NCBI GenBank assembly: GCA_965279035.1 | Contig: OZ257142.1 | Coordinates: 2,432,001 to 2,496,000 of the forward strand | Reading direction: 5' to 3' | DNA length: 64,000 nt | Source: Bacteroidia bacterium | GTDB taxonomy: Bacteria > Bacteroidota > Bacteroidia > M30B66 | Shown here: piece after piece, positions 1 to 11,464 of the stretch | Layout: each line of letters opens with the position of its first letter | Numbering within the stretch: the stretch's first letter is position 1 | Notes under the pieces: generated by a model | Databases searched by the model: none | What the model saw: only the letters and a program-made list of their open reading frames with translations | What the model was told of the DNA's origin: nothing | Program-made: the position numbers and the translations under genes

Positions 1-1500
1 ATCAAAGTTCAAATCAACGCGATTACTGAACTTGCCAATCAAATTCCTGCTTCTCAACCTAAACGAGTTTATAGTCACGAAACTCACAACGAAGAAATTC
101 GTGCAGCTGTCCACGCATTTTGTTTTGATAAATGTGTTGACATTGCTCGTTCTGGTAATGCTGACAAACACGCTCGTTCTGCAGCTTTCAAAGCTGTAAA
201 AGAAGAGTTTGTTTCAACACTTTCTGAAGAAGAATTAGCTATTGCTAAACCTTTCATTGGTGTTTACTTCCACGATGTGGAGAAAAAAGCTGTTCGTCAA
301 GTAATCCTCAATGAAGGAAAACGTTTGGATGGCCGGAATACAACTACCATTCGTCCAATTTGGGGCGAAGTAGATTATCTACCATTTGCTCACGGTTCTG
401 CAATTTTCACTCGTGGTGAAACACAGTCTTTAACGACTGTTACTCTCGGAACTAAAATGGATGAGCAAACCATTGATGGTGCTATCTTAGAAGGAAAATC
501 AAACTTCCTTTTACACTATAATTTCCCTTCTTTCTCAACGGGTGAATCTCGTCCAAATCGTGGAACAAGTCGTCGTGAAGTTGGACATGGAAATCTTGCC
601 TTACGTGCATTGAAACCAATGATTCCTCAAGGAACAGAAAATCCATACACTATTCGTGTTGTTTCTGATATCCTAGAATCGAATGGTTCATCTTCTATGG
701 CAACCGTTTGTGCTGGAACTTTAGCATTGATGGATGCCGGTGTGAAAATCGCTAAACCAGTTTCTGGAATTGCCATGGGATTGATTACCGATGATGGTAG
801 CAAATACGCGGTGTTAAGCGATATCTTAGGTGATGAAGATCACTTGGGAGACATGGACTTCAAAGTAACCGGTACACGTGATGGTATTACAGCTTGTCAG
901 ATGGACATTAAAGTTCAAGGATTGAGCTACGAAATTATGCTCAATGCATTGAATCAAGCGAAAGAAGGACGTCTTCACATTTTGGGTGAAATGAACAAAG
1001 TGCTTGATGCACCACGTGAAGATTACAAACCACACGCTCCTAGAATTGTTGAAATCCGCATTCCGAAAGAATTCATTGGTGCTGTAATCGGACCTGGTGG
1101 AAAAATCATTCAGGAAATGCAGAAGGATACTCAAACTGTTATCGTGATTGAAGAAGTAAACGAGCAAGGTGTTGTTCAAATTTCTTCTGCTAACAAAGCA
1201 AACATCGATAAAGCATTGGCTCGTATCCGTGCAATTACTGCAACACCAGAAGTTGGTGAAGTGTATTCAGGTAAAGTGAAAACGATAATGCCATTTGGTG
1301 CATTCGTAGAAATTATGCCTGGTAAAGACGGATTACTTCATATTTCTGAAGTGGAACATCGTCGCCTAGAAAACCTTGATGGTATTTTGAAAGAAGGAGA
1401 TATGGTGGATGTAAAACTCATTGAAGTAGATAAGAAAACAGGTAAATTGAAATTAAGCCGTAAGGTTTTATTACCAAAGCCTGAAGCAGCGGCTAACTAA
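1..1500 (+). CDS. pnp: Polyribonucleotide nucleotidyltransferase (PNPase), 5'-truncated by the window edge
   Basis: Frame is open from position 1. Contains RNase PH motifs ([35 protein letters not shown]), KH ([10 protein letters not shown]) and S1 (FGAFVEI...DGLLHISE) domains. Confidence 0.97.
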   Translation: MKVQINAITELANQIPASQPKRVYSHETHNEEIRAAVHAFCFDKCVDIARSGNADKHARSAAFKAVKEEFVSTLSEEELAIAKPFIGVYFHDVEKKAVRQVILNEGKRLDGRNTTTIRPIWGEVDYLPFAHGSAIFTRGETQSLTTVTLGTKMDEQTIDGAILEGKSNFLLHYNFPSFSTGESRPNRGTSRREVGHGNLALRALKPMIPQGTENPYTIRVVSDILESNGSSSMATVCAGTLALMDAGVKIAKPVSGIAMGLITDDGSKYAVLSDILGDEDHLGDMDFKVTGTRDGITACQMDIKVQGLSYEIMLNALNQAKEGRLHILGEMNKVLDAPREDYKPHAPRIVEIRIPKEFIGAVIGPGGKIIQEMQKDTQTVIVIEEVNEQGVVQISSANKANIDKALARIRAITATPEVGEVYSGKVKTIMPFGAFVEIMPGKDGLLHISEVEHRRLENLDGILKEGDMVDVKLIEVDKKTGKLKLSRKVLLPKPEAAAN

Positions 1501-1519
1501 TCTCTACTTAATACTATTG

Positions 1520-1549
1520 AAAAGGCTGTCCAATTGGGCAGCCTTTTTT
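1520..1549 (+). terminator. Rho-independent terminator of pnp
   Basis: AAAAGGCTGTCC-AATT-GGGCAGCCTTTT hairpin plus T-run, about 20 nt after the stop codon. Confidence 0.85.
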
Positions 1550-1594
1550 GTTTTTCATCCATGTTGAATCAAGATTTCAGTTTCAATAGAGCAT

Positions 1595-1622
1595 AAAAAA
1601 GGCTGTCGATTGACAGCCTTTT
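1595..1622 (-). terminator. Rho-independent terminator of the convergent T9SS gene
   Basis: AAAAGGCTGTC-GATT-GACAGCCTTTT hairpin, preceded by an A6 run (U-tail on the minus strand). Confidence 0.8.
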
Positions 1623-1650
1623 GAAGAATAAATTGGAAGTTTCAATCGAT

Positions 1651-4554
1651 TTATTGAATTATCAATTTACCTGCACCGATCTGTTTTCCATTACTAGAAA
1701 CACGGTAGAAATAAAGTCCTTTCGCCAAGCCTTCGCTCGATAATTGGATTTTATCCGAATTAGCATTCAACGTTTTAACCATTCTTCCTAATGCATCACT
1801 TATTACTAATTGAGAAGATGAGCTGCTAGGAAGTTCGAATGTAGTTAAGGATGTGAACGGGTTAGGATAGATTTTTACTCGATTATCGTGAGATGCATTT
1901 TCAGGAATTGCTGTAATGACCACATTTTCGATGAAGTCCTCCCCTATTGTGTGGAAAGTTGTATTGGTAAACACCGGCTCGTTAAAATCGAAATAAATTG
2001 CTGCTGTATTTTGGATAATACTTCCCAATGGATTTGAGTATTTCTGTTTGATTCTGTATTTGATAAAACCATGAGAAGAAGGTTCATTTACGAAGCTATC
2101 AGGCAATTGAATGTTGTTAAAGGTGAACTCAACTGCTTGAACATTGTCACCATAGTTTCTCCATGTATATGAATGACTTGAAGCTCCAGGTTGAATACTA
2201 CTTACATCGAGGTAATCAGAAATGGTGTCACGAACAACAATGGTAAAAGCTGTATCTGTTCCTGTGTTTTGAAAACGAATTAAGTATTCAAGCTCGGTGT
2301 TATCATAAATGAAGTGTTCTTCGCCGACTCCTTGAGGTGAAGGTGTTTTTTCATTTGGATCATAAGCACCAATATTGATTCTACAATCGATGTCTAAAGA
2401 TGGAGCTCCATCATAATTATCAAATTGAGTAATCCAAGCACCAGTGCTACTATCACCGCAAGCAGCAATGGCAATCGACACAATTGTATCTCCTAAGTAT
2501 GCTGGATAATCAACTGCTTGATTAACTTCCATTCGATAGGCAGAACCTATACTTGCAGAATAACCAATTTCACGTGTTTCACCACTTTGTAATAACACAC
2601 TTCCCGTTTGAGCAATTAATGTATCAATATAAATCACATAAGATTGTGCTACTTGCATAGCGCCATTGCTATTGTGAAGAATGAAAATAGCGCTATCATT
2701 TCTACATTCAGCATTCAAATCTACAGATGGACCAGTCCATTCGGGTAATAAGCAGCTTTGATTTGGGAAAATTTCGACCTGGCTGCAATGAGTTTGTCCA
2801 ATATAAGTACTACATGAAACAGTCACCGGAACTGCAATAGAACCGCAAGCTCCAATTGCTATGTTACCAATTGGAAAGCGAAGGGTAACTGAATCAATTT
2901 GCGTAAATGGAACTTGAATGGAAGATTCATCAACAATTAGAAAATCGTCAAATGTTGCATCAATGTAAGCGTTAGTTGCATCAGCAGTACCATTGTTACA
3001 ATAATGAATCATGTAGGTATAATCGAAACATCTTCTTAGAAAAGTAGTTCCCATATCAACAGTGAGTAATGGACAAAATGCTTCTGCTGTTTGGGCAAAT
3101 GAGGTATCAATTGTTGTCAGATTTTGAGGTATTGAAATCTGAAGCGTATCGTTTGTGCAGGAAATTGACCAATAAGTATTATCAGCAGCTGGGTGAAGTG
3201 TTAATTGATAATCACCTGTATCAACACGCATCCAATAATTTCCATTTACATCGGTTGAAGTGTAGAAAGTTTGAAGTCCACTAGCTTTCACCATCCAATT
3301 TGAAAACTGATGTTCTCCTACAGAATTAGCACAATCAGCATTGGCATCAGCAAATACATTTCCTTGAAGTGTATTTCCATAGATTTCACCAAGACTGTCT
3401 GTTTTAATCAAGTACATATTGGTGCGTGTGTAAGCTGTTTCCATTTTGGCACCACCAACGATATATCCACCATCACTTGTTTGGCGAACGCTGAACGATT
3501 TATAACTACCACTTCCAGTACCTTGATAATCTTTTATCCAATTGGGTTGTCCTTCTGAATCGGTTTTAATAAGTATAACATGGTTAGATGCAGATACCGT
3601 TCGGTAAGCTGTAATGATAAATCCCCCATCAACAGTTACATCGATATCAGAGCCAAATGCATAGCTTAGATTCGTTTGTGTGAAATTAATATCCCACAAA
3701 ATATCACCTGTTGATGTGGTTTTGAAAAGGAAAATTTCTGGGTTTCCAAAACTTACAGCATCATTACTAACAGCTACAATATTACCATCTGCTAGCTCAA
3801 CTAAACCACCTAAAGCTTCTGGAAAACTAGATTGTACACCATACATATGTTGCCATAATGAATCTCCTGTTGCATTCAATCGCCAAAGGAAATTATTCCC
3901 TCCAAACCCAATGTCTTTGTATCCCAACATGATTAAGTCACCATTATTGGCTTCCATAATTGCAATGGGAAGACGCTCTATTCCAGTTCCAGTATTGGGG
4001 TATTTTCTTAACCAATCAACTGTTCCATTTGCAGCTGTTTTGACTATGACAATCGTATCTTTTATTGTATTGTTGTCATAATAACCAACTTGAATATATC
4101 CGCCATCATTAGTTAAATCTCCACTATAAGAGTTTTGAGCTTCGGGGTAAATATTTAACCAAAGCTGATTTCCGTTGGCATCAATTCGTTGCAAGTAAAC
4201 TTCGCTCGCGTTTGTAGATGGATTATTGCGAGTTCCTTCGATGATATAACCACCATCAGTAGTAATTTCAATATTGTTTGCACTCGAATGCATGCCCATG
4301 TTAGGATATGACTGAGTCCATTGAATGTTACCCATATCATCCACTTTGACAACTCGATTATTTCCACCGGAAGTTGCGAACTCACTCACACCAGCAAGAA
4401 TATATCCGCCATCAGCTGTTTGGCGAACGGCTTCAATTCCATCACCGGTGGCACCTCCTAAAATTGGAGGATATATCTTTTGCCATCCGCCTTGTGCAAG
4501 AGCATTTAAATGAAGCAAGAAAAGCGATAGAATCAATGTAATTGTGAATTTCAT
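1651..4554 (-). CDS. Secreted T9SS type A sorting-domain protein (N-terminal beta-propeller-like repeats, Ig-like domain with GAYDPNEK/FQNTG/YFDFN motifs)
   Basis: Signal peptide, repeated TxDGGYI motifs, and a C-terminal YPNP...GLYFYRV...KLIIQ CTD. Confidence 0.85.
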   Translation of the reverse strand: MKFTITLILSLFLLHLNALAQGGWQKIYPPILGGATGDGIEAVRQTADGGYILAGVSEFATSGGNNRVVKVDDMGNIQWTQSYPNMGMHSSANNIEITTDGGYIIEGTRNNPSTNASEVYLQRIDANGNQLWLNIYPEAQNSYSGDLTNDGGYIQVGYYDNNTIKDTIVIVKTAANGTVDWLRKYPNTGTGIERLPIAIMEANNGDLIMLGYKDIGFGGNNFLWRLNATGDSLWQHMYGVQSSFPEALGGLVELADGNIVAVSNDAVSFGNPEIFLFKTTSTGDILWDINFTQTNLSYAFGSDIDVTVDGGFIITAYRTVSASNHVILIKTDSEGQPNWIKDYQGTGSGSYKSFSVRQTSDGGYIVGGAKMETAYTRTNMYLIKTDSLGEIYGNTLQGNVFADANADCANSVGEHQFSNWMVKASGLQTFYTSTDVNGNYWMRVDTGDYQLTLHPAADNTYWSISCTNDTLQISIPQNLTTIDTSFAQTAEAFCPLLTVDMGTTFLRRCFDYTYMIHYCNNGTADATNAYIDATFDDFLIVDESSIQVPFTQIDSVTLRFPIGNIAIGACGSIAVPVTVSCSTYIGQTHCSQVEIFPNQSCLLPEWTGPSVDLNAECRNDSAIFILHNSNGAMQVAQSYVIYIDTLIAQTGSVLLQSGETREIGYSASIGSAYRMEVNQAVDYPAYLGDTIVSIAIAACGDSSTGAWITQFDNYDGAPSLDIDCRINIGAYDPNEKTPSPQGVGEEHFIYDNTELEYLIRFQNTGTDTAFTIVVRDTISDYLDVSSIQPGASSHSYTWRNYGDNVQAVEFTFNNIQLPDSFVNEPSSHGFIKYRIKQKYSNPLGSIIQNTAAIYFDFNEPVFTNTTFHTIGEDFIENVVITAIPENASHDNRVKIYPNPFTSLTTFELPSSSSSQLVISDALGRMVKTLNANSDKIQLSSEGLAKGLYFYRVSSNGKQIGAGKLIIQ

Positions 4555-4746
4555 AATAAGAGTGTTTGATACTAATGGATTGAGTAAAAAGGCTTTTGCA
4601 AAATGCTCTTGAATTCAGGATTTCAAAATTAGTTTTTTATGTGAATTAAAATAGGATGAAAAAAATGAACAACTAATTACTATCCAATTATTTATCAGAT
4701 ATTTTTTTGGGTTTGTGCAAATCTCAATATTCGATTTATTAAAAAG

Positions 4747-4781
4747 AAAACGCGCTACAATCAAGAATTGAAGCGCGTTTT
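4747..4781 (-). terminator. Terminator-like hairpin after the M1 aminopeptidase gene
   Basis: AAAACGCGCT...AGCGCGTTTT inverted repeat just past the stop codon. Confidence 0.7.
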
Positions 4782-4798
4782 TAAACTGAATGATAGAA

Positions 4799-7228
4799 TT
4801 ACTTTCTAATCTTTTTTTCTAATTCATATTCCCAAGTCTGTTTGGCGTTCCATGTATTCAACTGAGAATCGATTTGGTTTTTCCATTCAGGTTTTAATTT
4901 ATAAGCCCAATTTAGATAACCCACACCTGCACTACTCATTCGATTATTTCCACTACGGGCTGCCTCCAGCGCATGTTTCAGAAACTCTTCGTTGAAAATT
5001 AATTCATCTTTTGCCAATGTCAATGCACCTCTTCGGGTATTGAATTCAAAAGAAACAGAAGATAGATCTGCTAATTCGGTGATAGATTGTTTATTTCCAC
5101 TTTTGATCGACCATTTTAGCCAAGTAATACGCACATTATGAGCATTGTTGCCCATTTCCGATTTCGTTTTTTCCAAGTAAGTCGCACGATCGGCAGGAAA
5201 ACTCAAGCAAAGTTTGTTCAGCACTTCTTCTTGAAGTTGGTAGCTTAATTCATTGAGTAAACCTTCGAATGACTTCTTAAACTCTTTAGGAATTGTATCA
5301 TAAGATGCAACAGCAGCTTTACGAATAATCAAATCAGAATCAGCAAAAGCGGAAGTGATTAAAGCACGTGATTTTTTGTTTTTATCCTTAGCCAATTGTT
5401 CAATAACCGCTTCTCGAACTTCATGAAAGGTTTCTTTTTTATAGACTTGAATGAGCACATCTCGTTTTTGATCAAGTGGTACATCACTCATGGCAATCAC
5501 CGCATCTAAACGATCAAGCATATAAGTTGCCGTAAGTGCCTGCAGTTTTAATTGCTCAAATGGTTTATTAAAAACGACAGCTTTAATAACCTGATTTCCT
5601 GGATCGAAAAGAGCATAAGCTGCTGTCTTTCCTGCAGGATGTTCAATTTTTACATTTTGCACTTTTTCAGAAATCCACACGGTTTTACTTTCCTTGCTGC
5701 CATCGGTAAAATGCACTTCAAACACAATAGGCATTTTGAACAAACCTACATAGGGTAGTTTTTCTTGTAATTGAGAAACAATGAACCGTGTTGATTCTTT
5801 GGTACTTTCGGATTCTACCTTGTAAATAGGTTCACCTCCTCTATAAATCCATTGATCCCAAAACCAATTGAGCGAATAACCCAATGTTTCGTGAAATGCA
5901 ATGAGTAAGTCTTCCGAATCCACATTATCATAAGCATGCGATTTCAAGTAGTGATTGATAGCACGATTGAATTCTTCACGGCCAACCACATACTTTAACA
6001 TTTCAAGCACAACCGCACCTTTGGGATACCAACGTGTACTTCCTGCGTCGCTACTCGCAACCGGATATAAATCACGATTCGATGCATTCAAAGCTGCATT
6101 TTGGGCGTTTCTTCTTGCTAAATCAAAATAATCTTGTCCAAATGCTTCACGCTCATACATCATATTATAATGTGTCGCGAAACTTTCCTGAAGCCAATGA
6201 TGCGTTTCGGTTCGAGCAGTTACCATATCACCAAACCATTGATGGGCAAGCTCATGCGCATTTACTCCCACATAGGAACGGTCGAGTAAACCACGAGTAT
6301 CGTTAAAGAAAAAGTCTCCAAAAACTGTTGCCGTCGTATTTTCCATCGCTCCATACATAAATTCTTGAACGGGAATTTGACTGTAGTTTTCCCATGGAAA
6401 TGGAACGCCAATCTCTTTCTCAAAGAATTCTATCATTTCTGTACTCTTAGCATACGTGCCAGCAACGCGATCTTTCCAATCGGGATAATACCAAAGATTA
6501 ACTGCCAAACCTGTTGCTGTTTTGCGTGAATCAATTTCATAATCACCAATTCCCAACATGATCAAATACGGAGCATGCGGCTTATTCATGCGGTAATGCC
6601 AGATTTGATTTGCTCCAGCATCTTTAACTCCCAGTTTTACTCCATTCGACAATACCTTATAGGGTTTTGCCATGGTGATGATCATTTCGGAAGTAATCTT
6701 ATCGTTCATGTTATCGAACATCGGTAACCAGCAACGATTGTCGGTTCCTTGTCCTTGCGACCAGATTTGTTTGCGTGCACGGTTTGTTGGATCGTTCCAG
6801 CCAACGAAATACAATCCGTGACGAGGAAAGGCCACATAACGAATGCTTAAGCTATCGGCTGAATTCCAATTGAGTGCTTTAGGAAATACTACTGTGAAAC
6901 CCGTTTCATACTTACGGATTGTTAGCTTTTGATCGTGGTAATTTACTTCCTGAACTTGAATATCAGGACCATCGAAAAAGAGTGTATCCACATTTTGTCG
7001 AATGGCTTGAAAACGATGTGTTACCAATCCGTTTACTTTTCCTTGAGTAGGTTCGAAGGAAGCCTCCAAGCGTAAATGTTGGAAATCAACGAAACGTTCA
7101 CGCGGAACGGATGCCGAATCGTACGGCATGGATAGGATAAAAGGTTTCACCGGCTCCTTTTGCGCAAAAAGGGAAACAGCCGTCAATAAAGGAACTCCAA
7201 TTAGAAGTTTCCGAAAGAGTTGGGTCAT
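4799..7228 (-). CDS. M1 family zinc aminopeptidase with C-terminal HEAT-like repeats, secreted
   Basis: GAMEN and HELAH-x18-E motifs; signal peptide; helical C-terminus. Confidence 0.92.
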   Translation of the reverse strand: MTQLFRKLLIGVPLLTAVSLFAQKEPVKPFILSMPYDSASVPRERFVDFQHLRLEASFEPTQGKVNGLVTHRFQAIRQNVDTLFFDGPDIQVQEVNYHDQKLTIRKYETGFTVVFPKALNWNSADSLSIRYVAFPRHGLYFVGWNDPTNRARKQIWSQGQGTDNRCWLPMFDNMNDKITSEMIITMAKPYKVLSNGVKLGVKDAGANQIWHYRMNKPHAPYLIMLGIGDYEIDSRKTATGLAVNLWYYPDWKDRVAGTYAKSTEMIEFFEKEIGVPFPWENYSQIPVQEFMYGAMENTTATVFGDFFFNDTRGLLDRSYVGVNAHELAHQWFGDMVTARTETHHWLQESFATHYNMMYEREAFGQDYFDLARRNAQNAALNASNRDLYPVASSDAGSTRWYPKGAVVLEMLKYVVGREEFNRAINHYLKSHAYDNVDSEDLLIAFHETLGYSLNWFWDQWIYRGGEPIYKVESESTKESTRFIVSQLQEKLPYVGLFKMPIVFEVHFTDGSKESKTVWISEKVQNVKIEHPAGKTAAYALFDPGNQVIKAVVFNKPFEQLKLQALTATYMLDRLDAVIAMSDVPLDQKRDVLIQVYKKETFHEVREAVIEQLAKDKNKKSRALITSAFADSDLIIRKAAVASYDTIPKEFKKSFEGLLNELSYQLQEEVLNKLCLSFPADRATYLEKTKSEMGNNAHNVRITWLKWSIKSGNKQSITELADLSSVSFEFNTRRGALTLAKDELIFNEEFLKHALEAARSGNNRMSSAGVGYLNWAYKLKPEWKNQIDSQLNTWNAKQTWEYELEKKIRK

Positions 7229-7237
7229 ATAGCGGTC

Positions 7238-8167
7238 TTAAAAGATCGCCGTAAAAGTATCAGAATTAGCGGATTTCCAGCCACGGTACATGCCTTCGGA
7301 ATTAAAAGGTAAACAGATATTTCCGTGTTTATCGATGGCAACCAATCCGCCTTCACCACCAAACTTAACCAGTTTATCGTTGACTACCTTACTACAGGCG
7401 TCTTCCAGACTCAAACCTGCATATTCCATTAAGCAACTAATGTCATAAGCAACAACTGAACGAATGAAAAATTCACCATGTCCGGTACAGGAAATGGCGC
7501 ATGTTGTATTGTTTGCATATGTTCCGGCACCAATAATAGGACTGTCTCCTGCCCTGCCCCAGCGTTTATTGGTCATTCCGCCAGTTGATGTTGCGGCAGC
7601 TAGATTTCCATGAACATCTAAAGCAACTGCGCCGACCGTACCAAATTTCTTTTCGTCAAGAGGGATTTCAACCGAATGATCGAGATGAGCACCACTTTCA
7701 TCAATTACCTGCATGAGCTGATTGTAGCGCAATTCGGTGTAGAAAAATTCGGGGGATTCAAGTGTAAATCCGTGTTCGACTGCAAACTGTTCAGCTCCTT
7801 TTCCACACAGCATCACATGTTCGGATTGCAGCATGATAGTTTTAGCTAAAGAAATTGGATGAGCAATTCCCGAAACACCAGCAACAGCGCCAGCCATGAG
7901 GTGTTTTCCTTCCATAATTGACGCATCTAATTCATGCGTTTTGTCGTGGGTGAAAACGGCGCCTCGTCCGGCATTAAACAGCGGACAATCTTCTAAAGAT
8001 CTCACAGCTGCTTCGACAGCATTGAGTGATGATCCATTATTTTTCAAAACAGTCTCACCCGCTAACAGGGCACTTGCAAGAGCAGCGTGATACGCAGCTT
8101 CTTTTTCGGGAGTGAACTGATGGCGGGCGAGCGTTCCGGCTCCACCATGAATGGCGAGGCTATACAC
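7238..8167 (-). CDS. iaaA: Isoaspartyl peptidase / L-asparaginase (Ntn hydrolase)
   Basis: IHGGAG, GTVGAVA (autocleavage Thr), TSTGG, GDSPIIGAG and SCTGHGE motifs. Confidence 0.93.
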   Translation of the reverse strand: MYSLAIHGGAGTLARHQFTPEKEAAYHAALASALLAGETVLKNNGSSLNAVEAAVRSLEDCPLFNAGRGAVFTHDKTHELDASIMEGKHLMAGAVAGVSGIAHPISLAKTIMLQSEHVMLCGKGAEQFAVEHGFTLESPEFFYTELRYNQLMQVIDESGAHLDHSVEIPLDEKKFGTVGAVALDVHGNLAAATSTGGMTNKRWGRAGDSPIIGAGTYANNTTCAISCTGHGEFFIRSVVAYDISCLMEYAGLSLEDACSKVVNDKLVKFGGEGGLVAIDKHGNICLPFNSEGMYRGWKSANSDTFTAIF

Positions 8168-8169
8168 GA

Positions 8170-8613
8170 TTACTCAGCGCTTTCGTGAACAACAATTTTT
8201 TCAATCTTATCGCCTTGACGGATTTGATCTACAATGTCAACACCATCTGTTACTTTACCAAAACACGTGTGTTTACGGTCCAAATGAGAAGTATTGCGAC
8301 GGCTGTGGCAAATGAAAAACTGAGATCCACCTGTATCGCGGCCAGCATGAGCCATTGAAAGAACTCCACGGTCGTGATATTGATTATCGCCAGTTAGTTC
8401 GCATTTGATGCTGTAACCAGGTCCACCTGCACCAGTTCCAGTTGGGTCGCCACCTTGAACAACGAAATCAGGAATTACACGGTGAAATGTCAATCCGTCG
8501 TAAAATCCGCTTTTAGCTAAGCGAACGAAATTATCTACAGTGATAGGCGCGTCTTTATCGAAGAATTCAATCTTCATATCGCCGTACTGTGTAGTAAGAG
8601 TTGCAGTAGTCAT
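8170..8613 (-). CDS. Cyclophilin-type peptidyl-prolyl cis-trans isomerase
   Basis: FHRVIPDFVVQGGDP, LSMAHAG and GSQFFI motifs. Confidence 0.95.
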   Translation of the reverse strand: MTTATLTTQYGDMKIEFFDKDAPITVDNFVRLAKSGFYDGLTFHRVIPDFVVQGGDPTGTGAGGPGYSIKCELTGDNQYHDRGVLSMAHAGRDTGGSQFFICHSRRNTSHLDRKHTCFGKVTDGVDIVDQIRQGDKIEKIVVHESAE

Positions 8614-8629
8614 GAATTAAAATTTTGCG

Positions 8630-8637
8630 CAAAGATA
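8630..8637 (-). promoter_or_regulatory. Bacteroidota sigma-A -7 element (TATCTTTG) for the cyclophilin gene
   Basis: Exact TAnnTTTG match on the minus strand, 16 nt upstream of the ATG. Confidence 0.6.
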
Positions 8638-8651
8638 GTATTCGCCGACAA

Positions 8652-10307
8652 TCATTCAGACTTCATTGCTTTCCATCGATTGATGAGCAAATTAGTAGAA
8701 GAATCGTGGCTGTTGATAGATTCGTTGTTTCTTAATTCAGGAAGAATTCGGTTGGCGAGTTGTTTTCCTAATTCAACGCCCCATTGATCGTAGCTGAATA
8801 CATTCCAAATTACGCCTTGAACAAAGATTTTATGCTCGTATGCAGCTATTAAAGCTCCAAGATTATAGGCATTAATGCGTTTTAGCAGAAAGGTGTTTGT
8901 TGGACGATTTCCTTCGAATACGCGGAATGGTGAATGGAATTCAATTTCTTCCTCCGTCATTCCTTTAGCCTTCAGCTCCGCTTCTACTGTTTCTTTGTCT
9001 TTACCGTTCATTAATGCTTCGGTTTGAGCAAAGAAGTTCGACATCAAGAGCGTATGGTGTTCTCCAATAGGATTTTGCGAGATTGCTGGAGCGATAAAAT
9101 CAGCAGGAATTAATTGAGTACCTTGATGGATGAGTTGGTAAAAAGCATGTTGTCCGTTTGTGCCCGGTTCGCCCCAAATGATTGGTCCTGTTTGGTAATT
9201 AACGAGATGACCGTTTCGATCTACCTGTTTACCATTACTTTCCATGTCGCCTTGTTGAAAATAGGCAGCAAAACGATGCATGTATTGATCGTAAGGAAGA
9301 ATTGCTTGGGATGAAGCACCAAAGAAGTTGACATACCAAATTCCGAGAAGTGCCATCAATACTGGAATGTTATCGGCAAATGCTGTTTGACTAAAGTGAT
9401 TATCCATTGCATGAGCACCTTCGAGCAAGGACATAAATTGATCGAAACCAAGTGAGAGACAAATAGATAAACCTATAGCACTCCAAAGCGAATAACGTCC
9501 GCCAACCCAATCCCAAAACACAAACATGTTATCTGTATTGATTCCAAAAGCTGCCACTTCTTTCGCATTGGTTGAAACTGCTACGAAATGAGCTGCAACG
9601 TGTTGATTATCCTTTGCATGACTCAAGAACCAATCACGCGCTGTTAGGGCGTTTGACATGGTTTCTTGTGTAGTGAATGTTTTAGAAGCAATGATGAATA
9701 AAGTTGTTTCGGGATCAACTTTACGCAAGGTTTCGGCGATATGTGTTCCATCCACATTCGACACATAATGCATCTGGATGTTGCGATTCGAATAGGCTTT
9801 CAACGCTTCGGTAACCATGACGGGTCCTAAGTCGGAGCCGCCAATACCAATGTTTACTACATGTTGAATTGCTTTTCCAGAATAGCCTTTCCATTGGCCA
9901 GAATGAATAGCCTGAGTAAACTGTTTCATTTGATCAAGTACTGCACGGATGTCGTGCATAACATCTTTACCATCCACCAGAACAGGCTTGTTACCTGTAT
10001 TTCTTAATGCTGTGTGAAGTACGGAGCGGTTTTCTGTTACGTTAATACGTTTACCCGTAAACTGAGCATCGATGGCAGCTTTCAATCCACATTCTTCAGC
10101 AAGCGCAATGAGTAAACGTTTGGTTTCGTCGGTGATGCGGTTTTTAGAATAATCGAATAGAATATCTCCCAATTCAATGGAGAAACGAGCAGCACGAATG
10201 GTATCATCCTGAAAAAAATCACGCATGTGCTTATCGCGCATCCAAGAATAATGCTGACGTAAATCGCCGTAAGCAGTGGTTTTATCGAAAGTTACTGAAG
10301 GAAACAT
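8652..10307 (-). CDS. pgi: Glucose-6-phosphate isomerase
   Basis: [26 protein letters not shown] and DQWGVELGK motifs. Confidence 0.97.
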   Translation of the reverse strand: MFPSVTFDKTTAYGDLRQHYSWMRDKHMRDFFQDDTIRAARFSIELGDILFDYSKNRITDETKRLLIALAEECGLKAAIDAQFTGKRINVTENRSVLHTALRNTGNKPVLVDGKDVMHDIRAVLDQMKQFTQAIHSGQWKGYSGKAIQHVVNIGIGGSDLGPVMVTEALKAYSNRNIQMHYVSNVDGTHIAETLRKVDPETTLFIIASKTFTTQETMSNALTARDWFLSHAKDNQHVAAHFVAVSTNAKEVAAFGINTDNMFVFWDWVGGRYSLWSAIGLSICLSLGFDQFMSLLEGAHAMDNHFSQTAFADNIPVLMALLGIWYVNFFGASSQAILPYDQYMHRFAAYFQQGDMESNGKQVDRNGHLVNYQTGPIIWGEPGTNGQHAFYQLIHQGTQLIPADFIAPAISQNPIGEHHTLLMSNFFAQTEALMNGKDKETVEAELKAKGMTEEEIEFHSPFRVFEGNRPTNTFLLKRINAYNLGALIAAYEHKIFVQGVIWNVFSYDQWGVELGKQLANRILPELRNNESINSHDSSTNLLINRWKAMKSE

Positions 10308-10323
10308 AGTGGTAAGAAATGCG

Positions 10324-10354
10324 AAAATCGACTATCGATTAAGACAGTCGATTT
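10324..10354 (-). terminator. Hairpin between fbaA and pgi (terminator or mRNA-stabilising stem)
   Basis: Minus strand AAAUCGACUGUC-loop-GAUAGUCGAUUUU. Confidence 0.55.
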
Positions 10355-10380
10355 ATCTGAATGTGAGTTGTTTAAATGAA

Positions 10381-11460
10381 TTAACCTAAACGGTTGATGC
10401 AATTCAAATCGTCGAATGCTTGTTTCAAACGTTTGATAAAGCTTTCTTCCCCTTTACGTTCCCACACACGTGGATCGTAGAATTTTTTGTTAGGTTTATC
10501 TTCACCTTCAGGATTTCCAATTTGTCCTTGCAGGTAAGCTTTATTGGCTTCGTAGTAGTTTTTAACACCTTCCCAGAAAGCCCATTGCAAGTCAGTATCG
10601 ATGTTCATTTTTACCGCTCCGTAAGAAATAGCTTCACGAATTTCTTCTACAGAAGAACCAGAACCACCGTGGAATACGAAATTGACAGGTTTAGCGCCAG
10701 TGTTGTATTTGTTTTGAATGTAGACTTGAGAATTATTCAGAATTTTCGGCTCTAGTTTTACGTTACCCGGTTTGTACACACCATGAACATTACCGAAAGC
10801 AGCAGCAATGGTGAAATTATCGCTGATTTTTTTCAATTCTTCATAAGCGAATGCTACTTCTTCGGGTTGAGTATATAGCTTTTTACTATCGAGATGTGAA
10901 TTATCTACTCCATCTTCTTCACCACCCGTAACGCCTAATTCAATTTCGAGCGTCATGCCCATTTTAGCCATGCGAGCTAGATAGGTTTTGCAGATTTCGA
11001 TGTTTTCGGTGATAGGTTCTTCGCTCAAATCGATCATGTGTGAGCTGAAGAGCGGTTTTCCGTGAATGGCGAAATATTTTTCACCTGCATCGAGTAAACC
11101 GTCAATCCAAGGAAGTAGTTTTTTAGCAGCGTGATCGGTATGAAGTACAACGGGAATATTGTATGCTTCAGCCATTAAATGCACATGATGCGCTCCCGAA
11201 ATAGCACCTGCAATGCTTCCTTGTTGTTGATCGTTTTTCAATCCTTTACCGGCAAAAAACTGAGCTCCACCATTAGAAAATTGAACAATTACAGGTGAAT
11301 TAAGATCCCGTGCTGTTTCTAACACGGCATTCACGGTGTGACTGCTAATCACGTTAACAGCAGGTAATGCAAAGCCTTGTTCGTTGGCTTGACGTAGCAA
11401 TCGGCTGAGCTCTGCTCCAGACAGAACTCCCGGTTTGAAAGTGGTAGTTGTTTCGGACAT
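10381..11460 (-). CDS. fbaA: Class II fructose-bisphosphate aldolase
   Basis: LHTDHA, SSHMIDLS, FGNVHGVY, FHGGSGS and NIDTD motifs. Confidence 0.97.
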   Translation of the reverse strand: MSETTTTFKPGVLSGAELSRLLRQANEQGFALPAVNVISSHTVNAVLETARDLNSPVIVQFSNGGAQFFAGKGLKNDQQQGSIAGAISGAHHVHLMAEAYNIPVVLHTDHAAKKLLPWIDGLLDAGEKYFAIHGKPLFSSHMIDLSEEPITENIEICKTYLARMAKMGMTLEIELGVTGGEEDGVDNSHLDSKKLYTQPEEVAFAYEELKKISDNFTIAAAFGNVHGVYKPGNVKLEPKILNNSQVYIQNKYNTGAKPVNFVFHGGSGSSVEEIREAISYGAVKMNIDTDLQWAFWEGVKNYYEANKAYLQGQIGNPEGEDKPNKKFYDPRVWERKGEESFIKRLKQAFDDLNCINRLG

Positions 11461-11464
11461 GATC

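Noticed and set aside
4558-4580. Possible fifth NrtR box (AGAGTGT...) upstream of the first T9SS gene
   Set aside because: There is no ACAC half-site at the 7-nt spacing.
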